64,000 bases of DNA from Octopus sinensis. Its lineage: Eukaryota. The notes below the pieces were generated by a model. It had not been told where the DNA came from. It saw nothing but the letters and a program-made list of their open reading frames with translations, and made no database searches. The stretch spans positions 13,515,360 to 13,579,359 of the forward strand of contig NC_043019.1 of the NCBI RefSeq assembly GCF_006345805.1, given 5' to 3'. Positions 37,151 to 53,594 of the stretch are shown here, in pieces (position 1 is the stretch's first letter; each line of letters begins with the position of its first letter). A program made the translations under genes and the position numbers.

Positions 37151-38149
37151 TTTCAGTCACTCTCTTACTACTTCTTTCTACCAAATACTCTCTTGTTTCA
37201 GTCATTTGACTGTGGCCATGCTGGAGCACTGCATTTAGTTGAGCAAATCGACCCCTGGACTTTGTAAGCCTAGTACTTATTCTATCGGTCACTCTTGCCG
37301 AACTGCTTGGTGACGGGGACATAATGTTAATAAAAAGTGCATGTCATTGTGTGTGTGTGTGTGACCCCACTCAAAAACAAAACATACTAACACACACTTG
37401 CTCACAAACATATATCAACACACACTACACGGAAAAGAAAGCCTTCAGTATACTGTACTTTTATACAACGTAACAACTTTTAGGACTCTGGACCAACACC
37501 ACCACTGCTATCAACACCACCACCACCAACACTGCTATCACTGCCAAATACCACCATCAACACCACCACTACCACCTACCATCAACCTCACCACCACTAT
37601 TATCACCATCACCACCACCACGACTGCTATCACCAACACCACCACCAACACTGACACCATCACCACCACCACTATCATCAAATAATTAGCAATCTATGTG
37701 CATCAGGTGTAGCTATTGTAGTCCCTTTGAAAGGGTCATTTAACATAAATACGGTGCACATTTCCCTCTAAGCCATTGGGTGAAGGAATAGTGGAGGAGG
37801 GGGGGTCCATTTTTGGTGTTGATTTCTGGCTGTCAGAGTTATTATTGTTACATTACCAATCAGTGACAAACACCATACCATATAGAGTTTGGCAGGTGGG
37901 CTGGCTGGCTGGGCAGGCAGGTCAGCTGGTTGGTCAGTGAGTTGACGGGAGGGGTGGTTGGACCTGCTTATTGTGGGAGTGAAGATTGGGGCGAAATCAA
38001 TAGTGTGTGTGTGTGTGTGTGTGTGTGATCTACATATATGTGTGTATGTTTGTGTGCATATATGTACATACAGATATATATATGATGACGATGTTGATGA
38101 TATCCTACACACACACACACACACACGCATATAACCTATATACACTATA

Positions 38150-38600
<451 letters not shown>

Positions 38601-39063
38601 ACACACACCCATGGTGGGGTGGAAGCTGTTACTGAACTGAATGCTTCTGTCCATAGACGCCATCTGGAGAGAGATATCATTGGCAGGATACTGCTGTCAC
38701 CATCAGAGCCACCAAGCAACAGAAACAGGGAAGTCTGAATACTAATTGCCTTCAACTTGTTCAGCTCTTCTGTCAACAACATGTAGGATTGGAACATGTA
38801 GGAGTGGTGCGATGTCGATTATCTTTATTATGTAACATTATCAATTGGTGTCTCCTACCTACAAATATATACAGTAACCAACATGTCTGAGGGGGGGGGG
38901 TGGGGGCTGAACACCACTCGTGTTCTACTTCATCTCTTCCCTTTGAAAGGGGTTTTAAAGCCGAAATACCTACATGCAAAGTAAAGGTGCAAACCTTTGC
39001 TGCACTTATCTGTTTCTAATCTGCTTCATGGTGGTTTTTCTAAAGAGCTTATAAGTAATAAAT

Positions 39064-39480
39064 ATGTGGGCATATATATGTGTGTATGTATATATTTATA
39101 TTTATATATATGTGGGTATATATGTGTGTATGTATATATTTATATGTGGGTATATATGTGTGTATGTATATATTTATATTTATATATATGTGGGTATATA
39201 TGTGTGTATGTATATATTTATATGTGGGTATATATGTGTGTATGTATATATTTATATTTATATATATGTGGGTATATATGTGTGTATGTATATATTTATA
39301 TTTATATATATGTGGGTATATATGTGTGTATGTATATATTTATATGTGGGTATATATGTGTGTATGTATATATTTATATTTATATATATGTGGGCATATA
39401 TATGTGTGTATGTATATATTTATATTTATATATATGTGGGTATATATGTGTGTATGTATATATTTATATTTATATGTATG
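39064..39480 (+). repeat. Microsatellite-derived minisatellite with 44/46- and 34-bp units
   Basis: tgtggg anchors at 39065, 39111, 39145, 39189, 39223, 39267, 39311, 39345, 39389, 39435. Confidence 0.9.
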
Positions 39481-39668
39481 TGCAGGTGGCATGTAAAAAG
39501 CACCCACTACACTCACGGAGTGGTTGGCGTTAGGAAGGGCATCCAGCCGTAAAAACACTGCCAGATCAGACTGGAGCCTGGCGTAGCCTTCTGGCTTCCC
39601 AGACCCCAGTTGAACCGTCCAACCCATGCTAGCATGGAAAACGGACATTAAACGATGATGATGATGAT
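39481..39668 (+). mobile_element. Family D 3' part
   Basis: 3' motif and tail. Confidence 0.85.
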
Positions 39669-39697
39669 GTATATAAATTTATATTTATATGCATATA

Positions 39698-39932
39698 AAG
39701 GCGGCGAGCTGACATAAACGTTAGCACGCCGGGCGAAATGCGTAGCCGTATTTTCGTCTGCCGTTATGTTCTGAGTTCAAATTCCGTCGAGGTTGACTTT
39801 GTCTTTCATCCTTTCGGGGTCGATAAATTAAGTACCAGTTACGTACCGGGGTCAATGTCATCGACTTAATCCCGTTGTCTGTCCTTGTTTGTCCCCTCTG
39901 TGTTTATCCCCCTGTGGGTACTAAAGAAATAG
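39698..39932 (+). mobile_element. SINE-B, full length
   Basis: aaggcggcgagctg... to ...ctaaagaaata. Confidence 0.9.
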
Positions 39933-40674
39933 GTATATATTTATATGTATATATAGAATTTGGTATTTGTATATATACTCAACAGAGTGTAAGTACCTTG
40001 AGAGAAAAGCTGGACCTAAGAAGCATCACCTTTGGACAAAACTTCTTCATGGTATTTTTCCAGCTCTTTTACGTTCTGAGTTCAAATTCTGCCATGGTTG
40101 ACTTTGCTTTTTGTCATTTTTTTTTCTTTTCAATATTGATGAAATAAGTACTATTTGCACATTAGGGGCCACTGCAATGAACTAGACCCTTCTTCCCTAA
40201 ATATCAGGCCTTGTACCTATAGCTCTACAGTAGAAAGGATTAATTTTAATTTTGAATTTTAAACAACTAGAGCAATGAGCATATGTAGGTAGAAAGGAAG
40301 GTTGTTCTCATTGTAATGTCAGAGACATTGATAGACGGGGGAGGGAGTAGTAGACTGGGGCGGGGGAGTAATAGAGTGGGAGGCGTGGGAGGGAGAGAGG
40401 TGTGGAAGGGCTAGAGAATTTAGAGAGGATATGAGTGAAAAGATGGAAGAGTAAGGAATATGAAAATGGCATTTCTTATTCTTTCTCTGCAAGAGAGCAA
40501 GGAATTTGGAAGAGGATTTTTAGGAAAAAGGGAGATAGAGAGGGAAAATAAGACAGTCAGAGAGACAGAGTGAGAATGAAAGGAAGAGAGACGGAGAGAG
40601 AGAGAGAATGAGTGAACAGAGTAAAGTCATGGAGAAAATTATTTGGAGACTGAAAGAGTAAGAGATAAGCAGGC

Positions 40675-40705
<31 letters not shown>

Positions 40706-41080
40706 CATGTATATATGTGTGTGTGTGTGTGTGTGTATACAGATATGTGTTTATGTGTGTGTGTGTTGTGTGAGACTGGAAGACAGGAAAATACATAAGG
40801 AAAAAAAGAATTGCGGAAAAATTTATAAGCAAAGTATGTGGGTGAGAGGAAGAGAGAGAGAGAGAGTTGGGGTGGGTGTGGATAGTTTGTAGGGAGGTGA
40901 ATTCAGCATCAATTATACATCAAATCTTTAAATGTCAGTCTTTCTTCGATAATTTTCTCGGTCTTTTGTGTTCTTGGAGATTACAGAACAACATTTATTT
41001 TACATCATCGTCTCTGTCTGTCTCTCCCTCTCTCTCTCTGATCCATACACACACACACACAGACACATATATTTAAAGAC

Positions 41081-41218
41081 AGCTTGCTTACCAACCACAT
41101 GGTTTCGGGTTCAGTCCCACTGCGTGGCACCTTAGGTAAGTGTCTTCTACTATAGCCACGGGCCAACCAAAGCCTTGTGAGTGGATTTGGTAGACGGAAA
41201 CTGAAAGAAGCCTGTCGT
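41081..41218 (+). mobile_element. SINE-A 5' half
   Basis: Head and body up to gaagcctgtcg, then microsatellite. Confidence 0.8.
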
Positions 41219-41823
41219 ATATATATATACATATATATACATATATATATATATACATATGCATATATATATACATATGCATATATATATATATGTGTGT
41301 GTGTGTGTATATACATATATGTGTATGTATATATACCTATACATATATATATACATATATATATATATGTATACATATGTGTATACATATGTGTGTGTGT
41401 ATGTATGTATATATATATAAATATATACACACATACACACCTTGTCTCTGATGATTGAATACCTAGTGTATGGAAATGCTGACCCATCACCTGGGATATC
41501 CCGGAAACAACTGTAAGACATTAATTACTTCTAGTTCTCCTTCTTTGATTTACCTTACTCTTATCAAACTACGCTAAATGACCTGAGATACACGTCCTGT
41601 CTTGGTTTTGTTGCCCTTTTTCCTTTAATATATACCTGTTAACTAGGAAGCCTACTATAGATGCCTAGCTCCAGCCTCAGCTGTGAACTTGGGACCTAAC
41701 GGATGACCAGTTATAGTACTTAAACAGCATACTTGTTACGTTAGATCATCAGTGAATTAAACCCCTCATATTCTTTATATGTCTGTGTGTGTGTGTGTAT
41801 AATATGTGTGTGTGTGTTGTGTG

Positions 41824-41896
<73 letters not shown>

Positions 41897-41898
<2 letters not shown>

Positions 41899-42223
41899 CA
41901 TCATCATCGTTTAACGTCCGTTCTCCATGCTAGCATGGGTTGGACGGTTCGACCGGGGTCTGGGAAGCCAGAAGGCTGCACCAGGCTCCAGTCTGATCTG
42001 GCAATGTTTCTACAGCTGGATGCCTTTCCTAACGCCAACCACTCCGTGAGTGTAGTGGGTGCTTTTTACGTGCCACCTGCACAGGTGCCAGGCGTGGCTG
42101 GCAACGGCCACGGTCGGATTGGTGCATTTTACGTGCCACCGGCACGGAAGCCAGTCGAGGCGGCACTGGCATCGGCCACGATTCGGATGGTGCTTTTTAC
42201 GTGCCACCGGCACGGAAGCCAGT
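41897..42223 (-). mobile_element. Family D
   Basis: Reverse-complement copy. Confidence 0.88.
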
Positions 42224-42365
42224 ATATATATATATATATATATAATATTTATATGTATGTATTGTGTATGTATGTATATATATGTATATTACATTTGTCT
42301 GTTTGTACTCCACCTGCCTCCGTCTTTTGTTTATTTTCATAAACTTTCCCTTTATATATATATAT

Positions 42366-42499
42366 AATTTCCCCAACACACCTGATAAAGGCTGGAGGGT
42401 ATATCAGCTGAAACATTGTGTTAACAACAAAGATGAGGACAAATATCCATCAAATGTAAATAATGTAAATAATTCCTCATCTCTTTAATATAGAACTGT
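42366..42499 (+). mobile_element. Penelope-like element terminal-repeat fragment (hammerhead family 1)
   Basis: Second copy of the 13841-13986 repeat. Confidence 0.55.
42378..42421 (+). ncRNA. Second copy of the minimal hammerhead motif, core mutated
   Basis: acac-CTGATAA-a-ggctg(gagggtatat)cagct-GAAA-cATT-gtgt. G8 is changed to A and G16.2 to A, so it is probably inactive. Confidence 0.45.
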
Positions 42500-42500
42500 G

Positions 42501-42534
<34 letters not shown>

Positions 42535-42959
42535 TAAATACACAACAGGCTTCTTTCAGTTTCCATGTACCAAATCCAGTCACAAGGTTTTTTTTGGTCA
42601 GCCCAAGACTATAGTACAAGATGACACTTGCTGAAGGTCCCATACTGCAGGACTGAACTCGGAACCATGTGGTTGGGAAGCAAGTTTCTTACCACACAGT
42701 CATGCCAGTGCCTTGTTTGAACATTTTGCATGTGTTGTGTGTGTGTGTGTGGGTGGGTGTGCGTTATGGCTCTTATTGTGGTTTTCACTTAGTTTTTGCC
42801 CCACTCCACCCTTGAATGTTGTTGTTGAGATTGTTGTTGTTGCTGTTGTTGTCGTTATATCTCTCGTAGCAAATCCCTTCAAACCGTCTTGAGTGCTTTT
42901 CCACTTTTAATGTCCATTTGTCTGTTTGGTGGTCGACTTTGGTTCAAAAATAGTTGTGT

Positions 42960-45170
<2,211 letters not shown>

Positions 45171-46265
45171 ATGAATGTGATTTTACATATCACACTTTGA
45201 AATCATTTCTTTATTTTGCAATAGACTCGATGACGTTGCAAATTCAAATATTTTTCCTTGCCATATTGGAACGAGTCTGTTAATTCTTTTCAACAGGCTT
45301 TTGGAATTAGATGACTGCATCATTGCGTACAAACCACACCGCCTGTAAGAAAGAAAGAAAGAAAGAAAGAAAGAAGCAGGAAAAGAAAATGTTTTTTTTT
45401 TTTTTTTTTGAATTCTTTCTACACCAGATTTCCAATCAAATTAGCAGTCTCTGTGTTTCTGTTTATTTTCGTTTCCATGTCTGTCCATACCTTTGGTCAT
45501 GAATGGAGCGATGGGTACTGACCAGAAGAATATGATTGAGAATAGAATACAACCAGTCAAAATGACCGGTCTTGTACCCCCACCACCGCCACTGAAAAGG
45601 TACCCCCAGCCCATTCACCACTTCATCTCTTGTCACCCTTGTTTCATCGACCCCCTCATCTCCTCCCCTCCAGCTCACACCACCCGGGGCCCTTTTTCCT
45701 AGAAATGTCTTCCCTCTGGAATCTTCTTCTCGTGATGCAAGTAGATGACCAGATAGAAACTTCTTTGTTGTCTCATGCTTTTGAAGTTGATAACAATCGT
45801 CGTCGTCGTCGTCATCATCATCATCATCATCATCATCACAATCATCATCATCATTATCATACATTAATTTTTTCCATGCTGGCAGGGGTCGGATGATTCA
45901 ACAGGAACTGGTGTAGGCCAGAGAACTCCACATTCTAATCTCCTTTGACTTGACTTCTACGGCTGGATGCCCTCCCTAACACCAACCACAGGGTGCTTTT
46001 TACATGGCACCAGCTCTAGTGAAGTTACCGAGTAACTTGTATGACAGGACCCCGTCAACTGAGGGAGTGGGGAAGAGAGTCAAATTCAGGGAAGAAGGTT
46101 TGTGACAGGTGAGAAGGAGATAAAGTATGATAGAGGGATGTCTTACAGTAGAGGAGATGCGTAGCTACCCCAACTAGAAAATTGGGGGGAGAGAGAGAGA
46201 GAGAGATGGTGCTGAAGATGTTTTATATTATTTTATTTATTTTTCATTTTTTCTTTCTTCCTCAG

Positions 46266-46392
46266 GTATTTGGAAGCATTGCAGGCTGCTTGTGTGCCTG
46301 TTCTGCTTAGCAATGGCTGGATTCTCCCCTTCTCCGAGGTCATCGATTGGAACAAGTCGGTCATCTGGGGAGACGAACGGCTGCTTTTACAG
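46266..46392 (+). CDS. EXT1: Internal coding exon of exostosin-1 (heparan sulfate polymerase subunit, EXT1/tout-velu family)
   Basis: Polypyrimidine tract and ctcAG acceptor (AG 46264-65), GTAAGT donor at 46393. Translates (R)[42 protein letters not shown]. This matches human EXT1 [43 protein letters not shown] as recalled, and is much closer to EXT1/ttv than to EXT2 or EXTL3. Starts in phase 2, ends in phase 0. No other EXT1 exon was recognised in the window. Confidence 0.95.
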
Positions 46393-47208
46393 GTAAGTTC
46401 ATCACATTGTTTGTTTGTTTCTTTCTTTCTTTTCCATCTTCCGTTCACCATCCTTGGTTATGGCATTCACCTATCATACTCTATTTTTGTTTTTTCTCCT
46501 CTTTTTTCCTTCTTCGTTAGCACGCTGGGCAAAATGCTTAGCGGTATTTCATCTGTCTTTTCGTTCTGAGTCCTGGGGTCGATTTCTTCAACTAAAACCC
46601 TTTAAGGCAGTGCTCCAGCATGGCCACAGCCAAATGGCTGAAACAAGTAAAAGAATAAAAGAATATATGTAACAGGCTTCTTTCAGTTTCCATCTCCCCA
46701 GATTCCCTCACCAGGGACCGGTCAGTCAGTTTGAGTCTATAGTAGAAGACTTTACTAAACTGCTAAATTACAGGAACATAAATAAACCGACATTGGTTAA
46801 TGAGCAGTGGTGACGAACAAACACAAAGATACACAAACATATATATACATGCATAAACACACAAACACATACATAAATACACAAACACACACACACACAT
46901 ATGTGACATGCTTCTTTCAGTTTCCATCTACCCAAATCCACTCACAAAGCATTGGTCTGTCTGAAGCTATAGCAGAAGACTCTTGTCCTCTGTGTTGCAC
47001 AGTAGGGTTTTGAACTCGAAACCTCGTGTTTACTAAGCTTCTTAATCACACAGCCATATCTGCTTAAGCAAATATGTATCTGATGCATTACAGCTTGGCT
47101 TTAACTATTCATTGATCTAACCGTTGGCATGTAGCTTCAGCCAAGCTCAGGTACATGTTCTCAGTGTTTCATAGGTGCACCCGATTCTCTGTAGCTACCA
47201 TTTGAAAT

Positions 47209-47894
47209 TTATCTCTCGTTACATTCCGATATATTGTTGTCGTTATTGTTATTGCCATCATTATGATTTTTGGCCAACAAGCAGTTTTTATCTTTAAATC
47301 TTTAATTTTTTATGCTTAACAAAAAAAAAGTTAATATTTAGATCGGAGAGAAGCAACTTCTAAAAAACAAACTCGATGAACTCATCAGTAGCCGTCATCT
47401 TCACTCTCACAAACAGCCTCCTTTGTGTCTAGTCCTCATACGGAATCTTTTTAGCGCTCTCCTGGACGCAGTGCCATCCATTTCAAGATGCACTGCTCTA
47501 CACCAATAGTATTTCTACATATTATGATTTTATTTCGATTATTATCTCTCGTTACATTCCGATATACTGTTGTCGTTATTGTTATTGCCATCATTATGAT
47601 TTTTGGCAAACAAGCAGTTTTTACCATAATATTACATTTAAATCTTTGATTTTTCTGCTTATCAAAAAAAAGTTAATATTTAGATCGGAGACAAGCAACT
47701 TCAAAAAAAAAAAAACAAACTGGATGAACTCATCAGTAGCCGTCACCTTCACTCTCACAAACAGCCTCCTTTGTCTCTAGTCTTCATACGGAATCTTTTT
47801 AGCGCTCGCCTGGACACGGTGCCATCCATTTCAAGATGCACTGCCTCTACACCAATAGCATTTCTACATATTATTATGATTTTATTTTGATTAT
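47209..47894 (+). repeat. Tandem duplication, ~333-353-bp units
   Basis: 47209-47541 and 47542-47894 both start ttatctctcgttacattccgatata and end ...attttatt(tc/tt)gattat. Confidence 0.9.
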
Positions 47895-49147
47895 GAATAT
47901 TTCTCATAGAAAAATCTCGATTACATAAAGTTCTCAGTCCACACACCATTAATACAAACTTAAAACATTTCTACTTCATCATTTCGCCGTGTTTTATTTA
48001 TTTATATATTTATACATTCTGAATCGTATTTTATTTTTCATTTTTTTTTTTTTTTTTATCTAAAAGAGTCTTTCTTTCACACAGAAAAGCAATTTATCAA
48101 ACTGATAATTTTCTTCTTTTCTTTTTGTTTCTATATATTTTTGCTGTAGATTTTTCTAAAAAAAAAAACAAAAAAATTTTGATAGTAATCTTCTTTGAGA
48201 TATATATTTCAATTTCTATTTCTGAGTTTGTACATCAGAATATATTTGGTCTGTCGTATGTTTGCAACTTTCATCTCACCTCGATGTATCATAAGCAATA
48301 TTTGTCTGTAAGGAAATATCATAATTTATGTTGTGAACAAGAATGGTCTTCTTCTATTTGTTTTGTTTTGGGGCTTTTTTTTTATTTATTTAATTAATGT
48401 CAAATATTTGATTAAAAATGTATGTTTAATGTTGCTTGCAGTCAATATCAGTACAAATACAAGTGTTTTTATATTTAAATGTAATCTATATATACATAAA
48501 ACAGTAACTCACTTGGGCCTTTTATTTATTTATTTATATATTTTTGCCAGTTTCCCCTCTTTCTGTCATGCTTTAGGAATGAGGAAAGAGAAAATAGTGA
48601 CTGTCCTGAGAAAGATGAAGAGAGAACGAGAGAGGAAAATGTATTATAAAGAGAGGTTGATTAGATAAATAGATAGGTATGAAATTGATAGAATAGGTGA
48701 GAGAGAAAGAGAGAAATAACCAGCAAATAAGACAGGTTGTCATGAGAGCAGAAAGTGTAATATAGGGTGAGATAAGAGAAGAAATGGATAAAGAAGTGGT
48801 CAATCAAAATCTGATTTGAAATCTGAGTGCAACAAGCTAGAACAAATGTGCTGGAGTCAACTTTATTTTGTATTCCTCTTGGAGTCGGTAAATAAAGTAG
48901 CAGCCTAGACCTCTTGCACTTTCTCTCATCCACCAGCTATGAACATTTTGGATGTTCAGCAGGATCATGAATGGGAAATCAGGGTGAGTGTTTGCCCATG
49001 ACTGCGCAGGCCCCTAAAATGATTGGCATGGTTTTGGGAGACTACTGTACAGAGATGACTCAAGCAAAAGAGGAATGGTTGAAAGAAGAAAGAATTCTAC
49101 ATTAGAGATGGGTTGTTATTGAGGTAATGTGATAAAGTAATCAATAT

Positions 49148-49520
49148 AGGCGCAGGTGTGGCTGTGTGGTAAGTAGCTTGCTTACCAACCACATGGTTCC
49201 GGGTTCAGTCCCACTGCATGGCAACTTGGGCAAGTGTCTTCTACTATAGCCTCGGGCCGACCAAAGTCTTGTGAGTGGATTTGGTAGATGGAGACTGAAA
49301 GAAACCCATCATATATGTGTATATATATAAATATGCATGTATGTGTGTGTATCTTTACATTCCCCTTAACTTAGCAGTTTGGCAAAAGAGACTGACAGAA
49401 TAAATGCTAAACTTAAAAAACAAAAAACAAATTGGAGTAAATTTGTTTGACTCAAAAACTCTTCGAGGTGGTGCCCCAGCATGGCCACAGTCCAGTGACC
49501 GACCGAAACAAGTAAAAGAT
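49148..49520 (+). mobile_element. SINE-A
   Basis: aggcgcaggtgtggctgtgtggtaag... to ...aacaagtaaaag. Confidence 0.9.
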
Positions 49521-49972
49521 TAAGATTAAGGAGATAAAAGAACATGTGACATTAATAGATTAACCCACCGACCAACCGTTATGCCATCTATTACCAATTA
49601 CTCATCAATGATCACCTGTCTGATTTGCTGTATCTTCCGTACCAAGTTCCATATGCAATTCTTGCATGCACACATGCATGCGTGCGAATGTTCATATGAG
49701 CATCTGTTTATGCAAAAGATGCGAAAGGGATGGCAGGGATGGAGAAGTGAGTAGGTTTATGTATTCAACACCTGCCATAATAATTTCTGTGATAGGCTCA
49801 CGGTAAATTGCAATTAAACATGCACTGGCTTGCACTGCTAAAACTGCAGCCTGCTGCACACGTATTATTTGCAGTCTACTGCACTGCTTACATGGAAGTT
49901 AACTGCTGTGCGTGTATGCATTGCTGCACCGTGCATGCATCACGAATCATCATTGTTGTTTAATTTAAACAT

Positions 49973-50222
49973 ACGGTGGCACGTAAAAAGCACCAAGCGA
50001 TCGTGGCCGCTGCTAGCCTCCCCTGGCCCATGTGCTGGTGGCACGTAAAAAGCACCCATTACACTCACGGAGTGGTTGGCGTTAGGAAGGGCATTCAGCT
50101 GTAGAAACACTGCCAGATCAGACTGGAGCCTGGTGTAGCCTCCTGGCTTCCCAGATCCCGGTCGAACCGTCCAACCCATGCCAGCATGGAAAACGGATGT
50201 TAAACGATTATGATGATGATGA
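49973..50222 (+). mobile_element. Family D
   Basis: 3' motif and tail. Confidence 0.88.
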
Positions 50223-50469
50223 TAGTCAGCTGTAACACGTTGTCAACTTGTAGGAACCAATTAATTTATGCTGGTTCAGATCCTTTACTGCAGAGGCTCT
50301 CAACCAGCATCCATATGGGCCCTAGGGATGGGGGCCCATATAAGACTTTTGGGGGTCCACATATACAATATAGTAAATTGGGAGTCTACGGTAATTTTTC
50401 AGGGTCCATGAAAAAATTGTGCTTCAAACCAGTTTGTGTGCAATTAATTTAGTTATGCATCCAGGGTAC

Positions 50470-50766
50470 TAGCTCTTTTAATTGTTTCAGTCGTTTGACA
50501 GTGGCCATGCTGGAGCATGGCCTTTAGTCAAGCAAATCGACCCCAGGACTTATTCTTTGTAAGCCTAGTACTTAATCTATTGGTCTCTTGCCAAACCGCT
50601 AAGTTACGGGGACTTAAACACACCAGCATCGGTTATCAAGCGATGCTGGGGAGACAAACACAGACACACAAACATATACACACACGTACACACATATATA
50701 CATGTACATATATACGATGGGCTTCTTTCAGTTTCCGCCTACCAAATCCACTCACAAGGCTTTGGT
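50470..50766 (-). mobile_element. SINE-A lacking its head
   Basis: Tail and body only. Confidence 0.8.
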
Positions 50767-51204
50767 AGAAGACATGATGATGATGATAACGATGATAGTG
50801 ATGACAAAGACGATAACAATGACAATACTGATGACAAGCTGATGAGGACGATGATGATGACAATGCCAATAATGATAAGCTGATGAAGAGGAGGAGGAGG
50901 ATCATGATGACAGTTATGATGATGACGAGAATGATGACATTAACGATGATGACACCAACTATGATGATGATGATGATGATGCTTGATGTAATTGACTATT
51001 CCCTTGATAAAAAAAAAATGTAGATCTTTTCCCTGTGTTACATTCCACAGAGTATCAGAATCAGTGGAGCAGCAAATGAAATCCTGTCAGAATTTACATC
51101 GCATTCAGAGTCCAAATTCCTCAGAGGCACCGTCCCAGTCGAGAGAAACGATTGGTTGTGATCTGGAAGAGATCTGGCTGCTGTTTCTAGCAGACTCAGT
51201 AACC

Positions 51205-51423
51205 TATTTCTTTATTACCCACAAGGGGACAAACAAGGACAGACAAACGGATTAAGTCGATTACATCGACCCCCAGTGCGTAACTGGTACTTAATTTATT
51301 GACCCCGAAAGGATGAAAGGCAAAGTCAACCTCGGCAGAATTTGAACTCAGAACGTAAAGACAGACGAAATACCGCTAATTATCTCGACCGGTGCGCTAA
51401 CGTGTCTGCCAGCTCGCTGCCTT
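51205..51423 (-). mobile_element. SINE-B, full length with TSD
   Basis: 12-bp TSD gactcagtaacc (51193-204, 51424-35). Confidence 0.92.
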
Positions 51424-51965
51424 GACTCAGTAACCGTTTACTAGTTCCATTGTTGGCTCAGTTAAAACCTAGTGTGATTTATTCTATAGCAGAATGTGGT
51501 GGTGAGCTGGCTGAACCATTTGCACATCAAGTAGAATGTTTAGCAGCGTTTCTTCTGACCCTTCACGTCCTAAGTTCAAATTCCACCTAGGTTGACTTTG
51601 CCTTTCATCTTTTCAGATTCAAATAAACAAGTACTGATCAATCATTGGGCTCGAGACCCCTTCCCATAAATTTTGGGCCTTGTGCTTTTGTAAGAAAGAA
51701 CTGAATTATTATTGTTGTAGGGCATATGGCAAGCTGGCAGAATTGTTAGCATGCCAGGTAAAATGCTTTGCAGTATTTTGTCTGTCTTTACGTTCTGAGT
51801 TCAAATTCTTCCGAGATCAACTTTGCCTTTCATCCTTTCAGGGGTTGATAAAATAAGTACCAGGTACATACTGGGATCGATTTTACCGACTTAACTACTC
51901 CTGGGTATGAGTATAAAAAATTACATTCTTCTGCTAAGTCATGTCAATTCAGTGTGAGCGAATAG

Positions 51966-52170
51966 GCCCATCAAACCAGTTTGATCTCAAGCTCAAATTC
52001 ATGGTCTACACATCAGACCATGGTTGGGTGGAGAGAGCATGTTGAGGCCTTCATCATGTAGGGAAAAGTAGGCTCGTCAAACCAGTGTGATCTTGGGCTC
52101 AGATTCACACCCTCCACATCAGACCATGGTTGCTTGGAGAGAACATGCTGAGGCCTTCATCCTGCAAGGA
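51966..52170 (+). repeat. ~105-bp diverged tandem duplication
   Basis: tcaaaccagt.tgatct...cacatcagaccatggttg...tgaggccttcatc occurs twice. Confidence 0.75.
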
Positions 52171-52819
52171 ACTGAACATGAGCAATTGAATCCAATTCAG
52201 TTGGATTTTAGCCCCAGGTCAGTCTTAACCCAAGCAGACCTATGACTAAATGATGTTCCAGCTGTGACCATCCTGTTCTTAGAGAAGTCTAGGACTATAT
52301 TATCTAAACTAACATGACCTTTTCTTTTAATGATTCTAGTGTTTGACATAGAAGAGCTTTGGTTGCTATTTCTAGCAGTTTGATTAATCAGAAAGCGGCA
52401 TCCTTGCACACTCATTATGATGATGTTGTTTAATCTCATGGAGCAGATCCATAATCAGATGCTTTCCACCTGTGACCTCCCTGTCTTATTCCTTGGCGGA
52501 TTGTACCTGGAACCATGTACATGTAGTTTAATGGGCTCATCTTAATTATAACGTGGTGGGATGTGATTTTGAGGGATGTGTTTAGCTGTTATTTCTAGCC
52601 AGTAGATCAGCCACAAGGTGTCAGTGGCGTGTTATCTGGGCAGCGTGATTATAGAGGGAGGTGGATGTCTAATGTTTTTAAATCTCTCTCTGTCTTCTCA
52701 CACACACCTGCATGCACACACACGTGTGTGTGTGTGTGTATGTGTGCGTGTGTAGCTGTTTAATTAATGCTTTTATTCCATGAGTCAGCATCTTTTCGGT
52801 GTGTGTATATTGTAAATAT

Positions 52820-52874
52820 ATACATTCATACATGTATGTATATATATATATACATAAATAAAAAATATACATAC

Positions 52875-52930
<56 letters not shown>

Positions 52931-53050
52931 CACACATATATATATATATATACACACATATATATATATTATACAATATATATACACATATATATATATA
53001 TACATATATATATACACATATATATATATATATGTGTATATATATATGTG

Positions 53051-53081
<31 letters not shown>

Positions 53082-53130
53082 GTATATATATATACATTAT
53101 ATATATAATACATATATATATATATATATA

Positions 53131-53163
<33 letters not shown>

Positions 53164-53238
53164 CACATATATATATACACCATATATATATATACACATA
53201 TATATATACACACATATATATATAACATACATATATAT

Positions 53239-53282
<44 letters not shown>

Positions 53283-53340
53283 ACATACACACACACACAC
53301 ATTCATATGTGTGTGTGTTTATGAATATGTGCATTCATAT
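52820..53340. repeat. (TA)n-rich microsatellite, ~500 bp
   Basis: Direct reading. Confidence 0.95.
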
Positions 53341-53550
53341 GTGTGTGAATGTGTGTATATATATGTATGAATATTTACATTCATATATGTGTGTGTGTGT
53401 GTGTGGAACACATCTCATTAGTTGACCTTTCTTGCCCCCCCTCTCCATCGCCCCTGCCCCTCACCCCAACTTTCACTGGTTTCCTGTTTACTTTATCCAA
53501 ATGTATAAATTATTACTTATGTGTATGTATGTGTGTGTGTGTGTGTGTAT

Positions 53551-53594
<44 letters not shown>

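Noticed and set aside
41447-41495. CTGATGA...GAAA...ATC hammerhead candidate
   Set aside because: Stem II is poorly closed and no stem I pairing is possible.
50290-50430. hAT-like terminus cagaggctctcaacc
   Set aside because: No matching opposite terminus or TSD was identified.
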